DNA of 64,000 nucleotides from Felis catus (lineage: Eukaryota): NCBI RefSeq assembly GCF_018350175.1, contig NC_058371.1:173910001-173974000 (forward strand). Reading direction: 5' to 3'. Made by a program: the position numbers and the translations under genes. The notes under the pieces were generated by a model. The model made no database searches. It was not told the origin of the DNA and worked only from the letters and a program-made list of their open reading frames with translations. Shown piece after piece: positions 13,150-25,349 of this stretch (position 1 is the stretch's first letter; each line of letters opens with the position of its first letter).

Positions 13150-13456
13150 CCTTTCGGCGGTGACGACCTGCCCACGAGAACATGCCCCTCGTGAAGGACC
13201 TCCTGCACCCGAGAGCCTCAACTCCTACTTCATGGACGTGAAGTGCCCGGGGTGCTTCAAAATCACCACCGTGCTCAGCCGCGCGCAGACGGTGGTGCTG
13301 TGTGTGGGCTGCTCCACTGTCCTGTGCCATCCGACAGGAGGAAAAGCAAGGCTCACAGAAGGATGCTCCTTCAGACGGAAGCAGCACTAAATGCACCCTG
13401 AGTCAACATGAGTGGGGAACTATCCCAATAAACAGATTTTGGATTAAAAAAAAAAA
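13150..13456 (+). pseudogene. RPS27: RPS27 processed pseudogene (5'-complete retrocopy with frameshifting internal deletion)
   Basis: 5'TOP start CCTTTC at 13150 and ATG at 13182 ([10 protein letters not shown]). A ~46-nt deletion removes SPEEEKRKHKKKRLV, then [12 protein letters not shown]...CVGC...GCSFRRKQH* runs to 13390. Intronless, AATAAA 13427-13432, poly(A), 17-bp TSD AAGAGTTGTAATAAATA (13133-13149 and 13455-13471). Confidence 0.96.
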
Positions 13457-13495
13457 GAGTTGTAATAAATAACAACATTAAAAACATTTTTTAAA

Positions 13496-13713
13496 GGGGC
13501 GCCTGGGTGGCTCAGTTGGTTGAGCGTCCGACTTCGGCTCATGTCACGATCTCACAGGTCATGAGTTCGAGCCCCGCATGGGGCTCTGTGCTGACAGCTC
13601 AGAGCCTGGAGCCTGTTTCAGATTCTGTGTCTCCCTCTCTTCTCTCTGCCTCTCTCCAGCTCATGCTCTGCCCCTCTCTCTCTCAAAAATAAAGACATTA
13701 AAAAATTTAAAAA
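13496..13713 (+). mobile_element. CanSINE directly 3' of the RPS27 retrocopy
   Basis: Full SINE followed by AAGAGTTGTA at 13714-13723. Confidence 0.95.
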
Positions 13714-13903
13714 AAGAGTTGTAGATTTCAAAATATTGTTTATCCTTGTAACTATGGTAGTTATTAGGCTTGCTGTTAGAACTTCCTTTTTAACGCATTT
13801 ATAAAGGAGCAGGTGTTCCTATATCATAATTTTTTTAAATTGAAAATTACATTTCTGTTGTAATCCTGTGTATTTTATTTTGTGTATTTAAAAATATTAT
13901 TGT

Positions 13904-14031
13904 GGGGGCACCTGGGTGGCTCAGTAGGTTGAGCGTCTGACTCTTGATCTTGGCTCAAGTTGTGATTCCAGGGTTGCAGAGTCAAGCCCTGTGTCGGTGG
14001 CTCTGTGCTGACAGCACGCAGCCTGCTTAGG

Positions 14032-14072
<41 letters not shown>

Positions 14073-14098
14073 ATATAAATAAATAAACTCTAAAAAAA
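13904..14098 (+). mobile_element. CanSINE (older subfamily) within the Charlie element
   Basis: GGGGCACCTGGGTGGCTCAG head, (CT)n, degenerate TSD AAAA..TTATT(G/C)TG. Confidence 0.9.
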
Positions 14099-14197
14099 TT
14101 ATTCTGAGAAGGGGTTCATAGGGTTCAATAGACTAAAAAAACGGCCCATAGCAAAAACATGCTAAGAAGCCCGTTCTAATGTCTTCTATCTTAGAAG

Positions 14198-14386
14198 CAG
14201 GGTCTCCAAACTTCAGCACTGTTGGCATTTTAGGATGGATAATTCCTCCATATGGGGAACAGTCTTCGCATCGTAGGATGGTCAGCAACCTTGTCCCGCT
14301 GTATGGTAGTAGCTTCTATCCTGATTGCGTGACAGTCAAAAGCATTGTCACTTGGGGGGCAAACGTGACCCTGGCCAAGAACCGCT
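14198..14386 (-). mobile_element. MER20-like hAT element
   Basis: CAGGGTCTCCAAACTTCAGCACTGTTGGCATTTTAGGATGGATAATTC ... TTGGGGGGCAAA ... AAGAACCGCT. Confidence 0.7.
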
Positions 14387-14919
14387 AACGTGAAGTAGGG
14401 CTAGGAGCGAGAGGTGGAAGGTGACTGGCTCGGAGGTCTGATCAGACAGAGGGTTTAAAACGGAGGCAGCAGAGGATGGCAGAGGCATCTGACAAAAGAA
14501 ATGTGTAGTGGAGCGATGCTGATAGACCAGGTGAATTCGGCAGCTAGCCCACAGATGAGAGAAGGAGGTTCTCTATTTGCTCTTTTCTGCTTGACATGAC
14601 TGATGAATAGGATTCAAAGACAGAGAGTGTAGCATTAACAGTATTTGTGCAGCAGAGGCTACTGAGAGCTACCTACACAATGTCCAAAGAACTGTTTCTC
14701 CCACCAGTGCCCCCTACACCAACATGTCAACACAACAGTTGGGATATACACCATGTCCAGACAAAAGGATAATGAGAACGTTTAGAGCCTAAAAATAACT
14801 GTTATTGCCCTTTGGTCTGCTACTGTATGTAGAAGAGAATATTCTGGATTTGACTGCATGAAGGGGCTGCTATTCTGAGAAAATCTGAGCCCAGTAGGCA
14901 CGGATACGAAGGATAGGAA

Positions 14920-15710
14920 GCACCCTTGATTCGGCAATTTGACTCCTAGATATTTACCCAAGAGAAATGAAAAAAAAAATATATATATATATCCACATAA
15001 AGACTTGTCCAAGAGTATTGATAGCAGCTTTATTCATAATAGCCCCAAACTGGAAAGGATTCCAATGCCCACCAACAGTAGAATACGCTGGAATACTATA
15101 AATGAAATATTACTGAGCAATAAAAAAGAATATGCAGTGGCATGAATGAAACTCAAAAACATGCTGAATAAAAGCCTTACACAAAGGTGGACCTACGGAT
15201 TGTATGATTCGTTTATTTGGAGTTTTGAACAAAATAGAGTGATTAAAAAAAATCAGAATAGTGTCTGACTTGATGGGGGTGAGGAAGAGGATTAAGGGGA
15301 GAAGGAGATTTTCCTGGGGTGATAATAATGTTCTCTCTCCTGATGGGGAGTTGGGGCACACGGTTGCATGCAGCTGTCCAAACTCACCAAATTGCGCACT
15401 CAGACTTGTGTATTTCACCGTATGTAAATGATACTAGAGGGACAGATGGGAAGAGGGAAAAGAAAAAAAGAGAACTGTAAGTAAAAATTGAACTCATGGT
15501 TAATGAAATACATGCTACAATGTTTGAAATGAACTGATGTCTACAATACTCTGAAATAGAGTTTAAAGTGTGCAGTTAAAAAAAATGGACTGATGGATAA
15601 TGAGGTGGTTCAAACAGAAAAGCTAACTGCAGATTCTAGGCAGTGAGTGTGGTTCATGCGCGATTCTTCCAGCTTTTCTGCAGCTTGAAAAATTCTCATT
15701 CTGAAGGACG
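14920..15710 (+). mobile_element. Old L1M 3' end
   Basis: ACTCCTAGATATTTACCCAAGAGAAATGAAA, GCAGCTTTATTCATAATAGCCCCAAACTGGAAA. Confidence 0.8.
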
Positions 15711-17076
15711 TGAAGGTGTGTAGGTAAACCTCTTTTTGCCTTCTGAAGTATTTCATTCATCTTTGGGCAAGGAAAGTACTCTGAAACAAGCAAAGCATTT
15801 CATTTGGTTCTTGCCCTACTTCAACAAATGGATCCTAGAATGTCACAGGCATCGGCTCCATCCAGTGACAAGCAGCTTCGATCACTACTACATGGCCACC
15901 ACGGCTCACGAGGGCTGTCCCAGGTGCTGCACTAATCACTTTACACTTGTTCTCTTCACGTAGAGATGCTAACGGCGCCCTTGACTGCTTAACAAAAAGC
16001 TCTGGGCTGAGTCACATCCTCAGAAGCTGCAGACAGCCTTGGACTAGAACAAGCAGATGTCCGAGAGGAGGATAACATCTGTGACGGCAGGTATTTTTAG
16101 GAGAATGTATTATTTAAATATGTTACGAAGCCATGGCACGGTGTGTGTGTGTATGTTTTGGGTATAGTGAGCTCAAGGGGGAGAAGAAGATGCACAGTGT
16201 AAGTCATAAAAAGGAACAGTAGCTTTAATCCAATTTCGACAGAGAAACAAACCTTCCTTTTCGCTCTTTTTTTTTTTTCCTTAAGCTCATTCCCGATGTC
16301 ATAGGATATCGTCACCTGGCAAAGCGGTGTGACAAAAGCCGCCTGGATTGGACGCCCCCAGCTCTTCTGTGGCTTTCCTTTCTCAATAAACCTTTGACAA
16401 AGGTCGCGTTTTTGCTTGTTTGGTCTAAGTGTTTCTCGCTCGGTAGAGTGATTCAGCGTCTCTGGGTGTCACTAAATAAGGGGTTTCAGTGAAGCTTTTT
16501 GGAATCTACTTCCCTAAAGGATGCTTGGTGGCGGACCTGGGATAGGTTTGGTTTTGTGTGAAACTGGTAAATAAACAATGTAATTACCAGGCTGCCTAGT
16601 CCTCGTGACTCCTGATACCTGCAGAGCCACCCATGTGAGGAGAGGGCAGGGCTGTTACCTTCAACTAAGACTGACGAAAGGCCAAGGCACTAACGTGGCA
16701 GAAGCTGGATTTGAACTAACGAGACCTTAGGAGCCCTGGAGCAGTTGTGATAGCACCAAAAAGAATCTATGAAACTGGTATGTACTAGGAACAAAACAAT
16801 AAACCAGCCTTGAACCAAGACAGGCCAATCTCTGATCTCCTTTACGCTGAGCCATGGCTAGAGGCCATATTCAAACCTGATCCATGAAACGGTGCCCATG
16901 AACACTGGCCACGTGTAGGGGGAACGCATCCCAGAATTGGACTAGAGAGAGCAACCCCATGCCGAACCACTTCAGGTAGATCTGTTCCATTCACTTCATT
17001 TTCATGGACCCTCCAGTGCTGTCATTACGGAGAGAGGCACGGTTCTTTGTAAAGCCAGGCCAAACAATCTATTCTT

Positions 17077-17303
17077 TTTTTTTTTTTAATTTTTTTAATG
17101 TTTATTTATTTTTGACAGAGAGAGAGAGAGACAGAGCATGAGCGGGGGAGGGGCAGAGAGAGAGGGAGACACAGAATCCGAAGCAGGCTCCAGGCTCCGA
17201 GCTGTCAGCACAGAGCCTGACGCGGGGCTCGAACTCACGGACCGCGAGATCATGACCTGAGCCGGAGTTGGACGCTCAATGGACTGAGCCACCCAGGCGC
17301 CCC
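17077..17303 (-). mobile_element. Young CanSINE
   Basis: Perfect 17-bp TSD CCAAACAATCTATTCTT (17060-17076, 17306-17322). Confidence 0.96.
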
Positions 17304-17789
17304 AACCAAACAATCTATTCTTGACTGAAGTGTAAACCAAACATTTTCTGCCCGTCTTGTTGGACTAATACAGAAGCATTTCAGAAAACAAGTCAATTAG
17401 TGATATCCAGGTTCCAAAAAGCAGCAGATAGACTTTGAGACTGAAAAGGACTGAGGAGGAAAAGAAATTTTGGCTCATTCCCTAACACAAATTGTATATA
17501 ATCAGCAAGTAAGCAGGGAGTTTTCATTGGTTTAGAATTCATTTGGGACTTAATTCCAATAAAGATGATGTGATGACATTTAAAAGCGTGGATGAAACTA
17601 GATACACAGGAAAACTGAAGGTGACTTTGGTGGAGAATATAAAATATAAGATAGTATACAAAATAACAAAATATTCACTTCTCAGGTGGCTTTTATGAGT
17701 TGCTGACTCAATACATCTGTACAGTTTTGACCATCTATACTAGTGACTTTTTTGTCTTACTTTTACATGCACAGTGTTCTGTTTAAAAA

Positions 17790-18007
17790 CAAAATTTTTT
17801 TCAATATTTATTTTTGAGAGAGAGAGAGAGTGAGCGTGAGTGCATGGGTGGGGGAGGGGCAGAGAGAGGGAGGCACCAAATCCCAAGCAGGCTCCAGGCT
17901 CCTAGCTGTCAGCACAGAGCCCGACACGGGGCTCCAACCCAAGAACTGTGAGACCATGACCTGAGTTGAAGCTGGACATTTAATCAACTGAGCTGCCCAG
18001 GTGCCCC
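17790..18007 (-). mobile_element. CanSINE
   Basis: Reverse SINE body ending CAGGTGCCCC. Confidence 0.92.
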
Positions 18008-18605
18008 TGTTTTTTTGTTTCTTAAAAATAGAACCATCTCTTGGCACCAACTTCTCGGCCATTCTCCCAGGAGAAGAAACAAAAACATTGAATGACTCAC
18101 CATCTGAGCAGAGAGGGAGCATCTCCCAAATTGCTTGCGTACTCCTCCCCGCCCCCGCCCCCCCCCCCACCACACACAGAAGACCTGCCCTCACAGATGC
18201 CTGACCATGGGCTGCAGGCACAGTCCAGCTGAGCAGGACACTGTTCACCCGCCCTTGTGTGCTCTGTGCCTTCAAGGTAAAATGCTGGTCTCACCGGGTT
18301 AGAAGAAAAATCCAGAAACTCTCTTCTCCCCTAACATCTCCATCTTTGGTATCTGGGTATGGAGTTGATCAGAGGAATGCTGAATGTTGCATTTTTGCTT
18401 ACTTTTTTTTTTTTTTTTTTTATAGAGTTACTAATAAGTCTGAGTAACAAAAATCTTGCCACTGCGTGTACTGGGAGAGAGCTGATGACGGAAACATTTC
18501 AGGATGACTCTTCACGACACAGGAACACCAGACCTTGGATGTGGTGTAGGGGTGGATGCTCAATGATGGTTCGAGCTCTAGAAGAGAACTTTAAGGCTCT
18601 GGGGT

Positions 18606-18974
18606 TGTTGTGGGCCAGTTCGTATGTGGGCAATTTGTATGTTTACATCTATAACCCTCAGTGCCGCAGAATGCAACTATATTGGGAAAAGAGATCTTTA
18701 GAGAGGTGATTAAGGTAAAATGAGATGCTTAGGGTGGGCCTTAATCCAATCAGACTGGTGTCCTTATTAGAAGAGACTGGGTCACAGACAAGCCGACTGA
18801 GGGATGAGCCTGTGCAGAGCCAGCAACAGGCTGCCGCAGAGGCATCAGGAGGAGCAAAGCTGCCCACAACCTGATCTCTGACTTCCAGCCTCCAGAACCC
18901 CGAGAAAAGAAATCTGTCACTTAAGTCACTCAGTCTGTGATGTTTTATTCTGGCAGCCCTAGAAGTCTAATACA
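18606..18974 (+). mobile_element. MaLR solo LTR (MLT1B-like)
   Basis: TG...CA ends, 5-bp TSD GGGGT (18601-18605, 18975-18979), internal TAGGGTGGGCCTTAATCCAAT..GACTGGTGTCCTTAT and GACTTCCAGCCTCCAGAAC. Confidence 0.88.
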
Positions 18975-19189
18975 GGGGTTTCAAAAAAAAAATGTGAAGA
19001 ATATTTGGAATTGTTCAAAGTAAAAGCCCACGTAGGCTAACTCAATTGTCTGAACTACATTCCTAGGAAGTTTAGTAACTGAACAGGGGGATTCTGAGCT
19101 CAGATGAATGTGGGACATGCTGGCTTAGTTACAGAACTCTGCAGAACTGTTGCAGAACTTCTCAGAGCCTTTCATGTGCTGATTCACAC

Positions 19190-19830
19190 ATTGGTAGGAT
19201 TCATTCAATCTGTGTGTCATCCTTGACGCCTGTCTTTCCCCCACATTTGATTTCCAATCCATCGCCAATTCCCGATGACTGTATCTTGAACAGAAATATT
19301 TCTTGAACTAGTTCACTTCTCTCTACTGAACTGCCACTGAAGCCTGGACCAAACTTCCCAGGTCTCTTGCTCAGTCCACTGTAAAGCCTTCCTGACTGGT
19401 CTGCCCACACTGGAGGGTACTCTCCCACGTGTTCTCCACAAATCCCACCAGAGTAGTCCATGCCAAGCACAGGCAGGATCAAGCCAGCTCCCTGATTTTA
19501 AAGATGTTTGGGTAGCTTCCCATTGTTCCTAAGATGAGAGAGGACTAAATTCCTACTCATATCTTCAAGCTTCTCTTGAACCATCCTCCTTTCTGGGTTT
19601 CATATTCACAGCTCTTCTTTTAGACCCACATTATTTTGCTCCTGCTGTACCTTCTTCCTGGCCAACTCCCCTTATCTTCCTCCAGAAGCTTCTTTCACTT
19701 CCCTCCTTTATTGGATCAAATCCCTCTACTGCTGAGTTACATTGCACTTGTCACTATTGAAAGTTTGCATTTGTGTGATTACTTGGTTAATACCTGAATC
19801 TCCCTCTTCTAAACTACAAACTCTGAATTT
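19190..19830 (+). mobile_element. L2 3' fragment
   Basis: Pyrimidine-rich degenerate L2 phrases (TCATCCTTGAC...CCAATCCATC.CCAA, GCTTCCCATTG). Confidence 0.6.
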
Positions 19831-20129
19831 GTGGACCATCCTTTGTGAAATATCCAGTTAGTTTATTGATCAAGGTTTGGGAAGTACATATCTGAAATTC
19901 TGTGGCAGGAACTTTTATGCAGAAAGTGAGCAGGGTTACAGACAGAAGTCTTGGGTCCTTAGAAACATGTAGTTATTTGCTGAAATTTAGCATCCTTTGA
20001 AATAAACCATTGGAGAAGCTGAATATAGAGCGGATATGACATTGGGGCTAAGTTCTGGAGATACACATAAGTGTGTAACTTTTTAAAATTTTGTAACAAA
20101 AGATTTGTATTTAGAACACACACATATCA

Positions 20130-20385
20130 GGGCACCTGGGTGGCTCAGTGGGTTAAGTATCCCACTTCAGCTCAGGTCATGATCTCACAGTTCATGAGTT
20201 CGAGCCCTGTGTCAGGTTCTGTGCTGACAGCTCAGAGCCTGGAGCCTGCTTTGGATTCTGTGTCTCCCTCTCTCTCTGCCCCTCCCCCACTTGTGCTCTG
20301 TCTCTCTCTCTGCCCCTCCCCCACTTGTGCTCTGTCTCTCTCTGCCTCTCAAAAATAAACGTTAAAAAAAAAGTTTTTTTTTTTT
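20130..20385 (+). mobile_element. CanSINE with internal 34-bp tandem duplication
   Basis: Full SINE; GCCCCTCCCCCACTTGTGCTCTGTCTCTCTCT occurs at 20278 and 20312. Confidence 0.94.
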
Positions 20386-22429
20386 AAAACAACATACGCA
20401 TATCATCTAACGAACCAAACATTTGTACCTAGAGCTCTTGCATTCAATAAGATGACGAACTCAGTAAAAAATGGGCAAATATGAACTGACTCATCCCAAT
20501 ACATGTAGAACAGCCATGAACAGAAACCATCCCGGGGGCATGTGATGCCAACGAAGGACCGAACTCATGCTTCGGCCTAAATGGCCTTTGAAGCGACACA
20601 AACAGCCCAACAGGAGGAGCGTGTCATAACTACTCCTTGTGGAGAAAACAGGCCAGAAGATCCGCTTACTACCCCTTAACGACTGGATTTCTCACAACTG
20701 TGTGCAGGTGTAGCCCACACGGAAGTTTCACGATATCGGAAAATTCACAGACATCCACTAGGTGCGGAGCTTTCTGTTCTTAAACTTTTGATTTTGAAAT
20801 GTTTCAAATCTGTAGAAGGCCTGGAAGACTGCTACAAATGAACAGCCACCTCACCACCTTTCAGCAGCCTGCCTCGTGTTTTGGTTTCGCTCTAAACAAG
20901 CTGCTTTTTCTTGCTTTCCTGTGGACAGGGTGATTCTGACCATGCCTCCAGAAAGATAGGAAGGACTGCGTGATTGGATCACAAATGCCCACACTGCAGG
21001 AACGCCCCCCCCCCACCCCAGGCCCACTGGCAGATAATTCATCAAGAAATATTTAGGGCTTGACCTTAAATAAAGTGCTATGAGAGATAAAAAGACATTT
21101 ATGGGATATAACTTTAAGAAAAAAATTTATAACCATTTGAGAAAATAAAGCACTTTCCTGTAAAAGAATAACCAGCAATAAAAATATTAGATAAGCCTTG
21201 AGTGAGGGGGACATAGAATGTGCTGACAGAGTTGGGATAAGATTGTTTCTAGTTATGTTTCTTCGTGGAAATGGATTCCCTATGGAAAGCAGCACATCTT
21301 ACGATCAGTTAATATTTCCTCGTACTAAAAGACCAACTCAGGATAGTAATTTCATAAGGCAAATTACAAATAAGTATTACAAATACTTATTTGTTCTGTT
21401 CTACTGTGAACAAACAGAAGTGTAAGAGGGCTGATGCCTTATCTGAACAATATTTACAATTATTTTAGGTCTTTACTGGAAGGACGATTCAAAGCTAGGG
21501 GAAGTTATTTGTTCCACGAAGGGCTAACCTTAGTTTGGTGGACTTAAGGCAAATAATTAACCCATTCTTCCCTCCTGACAAAGAATGGGCTACTATATTC
21601 CCCTGATGTATTAGGTCAGCCCCATGCCAAGAGCCTGCTGTGGGGACGGCGTAATTCCCAGTGTCTCCTAGGCCTGGAGATCTCAGCAGTATTTCCCTTA
21701 GAGCCCATTATTTCCAGAGGTCTGCATCTAGGGCTTAGAGAAATCAGAAGCAAGTAAATACGGAATAAGATCACAACCTGGTACAAATGTTAATAATATA
21801 CAAAGAAAAATTCTGTATGAATCGTGGGGTGGGGTGGGGGAGCTCTCTAATGGCTGTGCAAAATTAGCGGGGTGTGTTTTTAAATTAATACAGATGGTCA
21901 CTGCATTTGGGCACCGTGGAACGTAGACTGGAAACTCGCCTTCAGAAGGATGGGGTTTTCAGGTTCAAGTGATCATTTTCGAGAAGGTTCTGTCAAAACG
22001 TCGTTCATGTAAGTACATGGTGTGAGAACTGGGACCTCTAAAACCTAAGTTCTAGATTACATTTTCCAACTGGAAAGGACTCAGGAAGGAATACTGCTCT
22101 CAGAGTCACAAGGTTACCTGTTTTCTTTAATTTATGCTTTCACCTCCTTCTTTTCTGAGTTTTTCCTCAGTGTGTATATATCCGTTTTACAATCCGGAGA
22201 TAAACAAAACTATTTCTTAAACAAAGACCAAAGTTGAAGCTTCTCACTTTTAAACTGCTGCTGTGGGCTAGAAAGATTATCAAAAGCTACTGGCAAGTCA
22301 AAGCCCATGGATTGCTGGACACATCTCTGATGGGGGTACTTAACACACGTCTACTACCTGTACTCTAAAAACTTTTAAACGCCCAAGCTTACTGAAATGA
22401 CTTAGAAGTCTGTTACTTTATTACCCTTT

Positions 22430-23105
22430 AACCGTTGTGTTGAGATATAATTCACATACCTTACCATTCTCCTACTTGTTGTGTACAATTCAATCATTTT
22501 TAGTATATTCACAGACCTGTACAGCCATCGCCGCAATTGATTTCAGGACATTCTGTACCCTTTGGTCATGAACTCCCAATCCACTATTTTCCTCAACCCG
22601 AGGCAATCACTAATCCACTTTTGTTTATTCTGGACCTTTCACATAAATGGAATTGTATAATATGTGGCCTTTTCTGTCTGGCTTCCTTCACTTTCCTTGA
22701 TATTTTCAAGGTTCATCCATCTGTAGCATGTATCAGTTCTTCATTCCTTTAGTCTGCTAAATGGATGTCTCCTATTTTATTTGCCCATTCATCAGTCAGT
22801 GGACATTTGGGTTGTTTCTACTTTTCGGCTATTATGAATAATGCTGCTATGAGCATTCATGTTCAAGTTTTTGCGTGGACTTAGGTTTTCATTTTTCTTG
22901 GGTGTATGCCTAGGAATAGAATTAATTTCTGGGTAATACAGTTAATTCTATGTTCCTTAAAAGAGGAAGTGCCAGACTGTTTTCCAAACTGGATGCGTCA
23001 TTTCACATTCCCACCAGCAGTATATGAAGGTTCTCATTTGTCTATATCCTGGCAAACACCTGTTATTGCCCATCTTCTTGATTATGTAGCCATTCTCACC
23101 AGCGG
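22430..23105 (-). mobile_element. Old L1 (L1MB-like) 3' end
   Basis: TTGAGATATAATTCACATACC, GGACATTTGGGTTGTTTCTACTTTT.GGCTATTATGAATAATGCTGCTATG; minus-strand peptide GNNRC...CWWEC...VWKTVW is the ORF2 C-terminus. Confidence 0.88.
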
Positions 23106-24089
23106 CGATTAGAAAGCGGTACACTTCATTATTTTTGACATGTGCTTTTAAGAATTGTTTTCTGATTACAGAAGTCATACAAGCTAACAGTCACAATTTC
23201 GTCATGTGCATGCGATGATTTGATTCCCAGCTTCTTGGCCAAAAATAATACCACTTACGTGTTGGCACAATTATGATCCTCATTTTACAAAGAGACGGGA
23301 GGCTCAGGGATGTTAAGAAGTTCTAAAGCTGGGATTGCACCCAGGTGCTTTTCACCACAGCGTTAGCCTGTTTTCAAGGCTGCTATGTGCATACATAAAC
23401 ACATGGAGATCAAATGGGATAATGAAGTGAACTTTACGAATTTACGGCATCTAGTAATGGAGAGTAAGATGTTGACGGCACATGGCTTTTGGATTACAGA
23501 AACAGGCAACATGTTTGTTATCTGTTGAGAGATTAAGGAACAGAGCAGGATTTCTGTGACCACAGAGAAATTTAAAGAAGACCTGAGATTAAGGAGTATC
23601 GCATTAGTTAGGATAAACCAGGGTCTCTTATCATCCCATCTGGAGAATGAGGACATTAATCATCCTACGGTTATGGTGATAAATAGCACCAAAACATGTG
23701 CTGAATGTGTTCACCTTTGGTCTGTGCACTTGAGAGAATGAGGCCGGTTTCTCTTGAATCACTATATTATCTGAACGCAGCAGGATAACCTTATTTTGGT
23801 TTTGTGATTATTTTCCACCTTACACAAAACAGCTCCTTTCTTTTACTCTTTGGAGTTGAGGAAAAATTATTTTGCTACAATTAAAGTTGTTTTGAGTTTT
23901 GGCCACAATCGCAAGCAATTCTGGAAATTAAAATTCCTCATGCTCTAGTTAAACATTACTAAAGTTCCCGCTCACTACAACCCCTTTTCTGGAAATCTAT
24001 TCTGCAGCACTACACATATAATTATTATGTCTTTATCTAGACTCTTTCCAGTTTCCAAATTTGCGTATGTGACTCAAACAGAAGATTTT

Positions 24090-24309
24090 TTTTTTAATTT
24101 TTTTTTAAACGTTTTATTTATTTTTGAGACAGGGAGAGACAGAGCATGAACAGGGGAGGGTCAAAGAGTGGGAGACACAGAATCTGAAACAGGCTCAAGG
24201 CTCTGAGCTGTCAGCACAGAGCCCGACGCGGGGCTCGAACTCACAGATCACGAGATCATGACCTGAGCCGAAGTCGGCCGCTTAACTGACTGAGCCACCC
24301 AGGCGCCCC
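24090..24309 (-). mobile_element. CanSINE
   Basis: TSD TCAAACAGAAGATTTT on both sides. Confidence 0.96.
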
Positions 24310-25349
24310 TCAAACAGAAGATTTTAAGGGAACTGATCTTCTAAAAAACTAACGCGTAAACACTGCTAAAGGGGGCATATTTTTATACATAATTTCCTGA
24401 AGAGAACTAGACAAAAGTTCCTCCAACTTCAAGAATCTTAGCACAAGAAGCACGCTGGTTTGGGGTGGGGCAGAGTTAATTCAGGAATAAGAACTATAGA
24501 CTAGAACTTTTTTTATTTTAAAGATGTATATTTTGAGCAAAGGATACTCGTTGTCCCAATCTTTGGCTTGTACTTGGCAGTCTGTGTTTAGAGGGTTTAT
24601 CCTCCCAGGGGGTGAGGGGGTGGGGCTATGGGTGGGGTGGATGCAGATAAGATAGCAATTCCAGTTTTATCACTCTTATGAATTTTGTGCTAGGGTTGAA
24701 GTGCTCAGCAGGAGGGAAAAAAAGGAGCATTGTTTCTATGGACTGTATAAAGGAGAGGGAAGGAGGAAATGTTAGAAGGATGATTTCTCAATTTTTATTT
24801 CTTAAAAGGTGCCCTTGAGGCTGCATTTCCTCTAAACCCAGCATTTGGTGTCCACTTTGAGTGAAATGCATCCTTCTTGGAAAGAAGGATTTTTCCTGAA
24901 TCAGCAGAAGGTCATGCAGGAGAGCTGGGAGAACAGATTCCACTGATGGATCTTCAATAAGGGACAGTATTGATTTTTGAAATCATTAAACTTTGGTATT
25001 TTGATCCGTCGACAAAAGTGAAGTGAATTCTCTTATAAGGAAATGAAAAACTACTAGATGATTGTCAACTAATTTCTCGGTTTCCAGGGGTCATTTGACC
25101 TTTACAGTTACATCAGTAAGGCTACTGCATAAAAATCAGGGACATCTCACCTAATGTGGAAGCAGCCTCTCTGAAGGATGGTGGCTAACACTGAGGAAAG
25201 AGCTGGTGAACTTGACGGAGTCACCTTGAACGACTTGCTTAACCTCTCTGAGCCACCCCTTTAAGTTAGATTCTGTAAATCACTTTGAGTGCCGGGCACA
25301 TAGGAGGTGCTCGATAAATGTTAGCTATTGGTGCTCACCTGACAAAGAG

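Larger units (their letters stand above)
12915..14175 (+). mobile_element. hAT-Charlie DNA transposon fossil (Charlie4a-like), interrupted by the RPS27 retrocopy and two SINEs
   Basis: Segments CTGTGACTTTGTC.C.AATAGAAATCACAGAT, GTAATCCT.TGTATTTTATTTT and ATTATTCTGAGAAGGGG match the recalled consensus, in order, across the insertions. Confidence 0.65.

Noticed and set aside
13121-13396. 91-aa minus-strand ORF over the RPS27 retrocopy
   Set aside because: Antisense shadow of the pseudogene; no recognisable protein.
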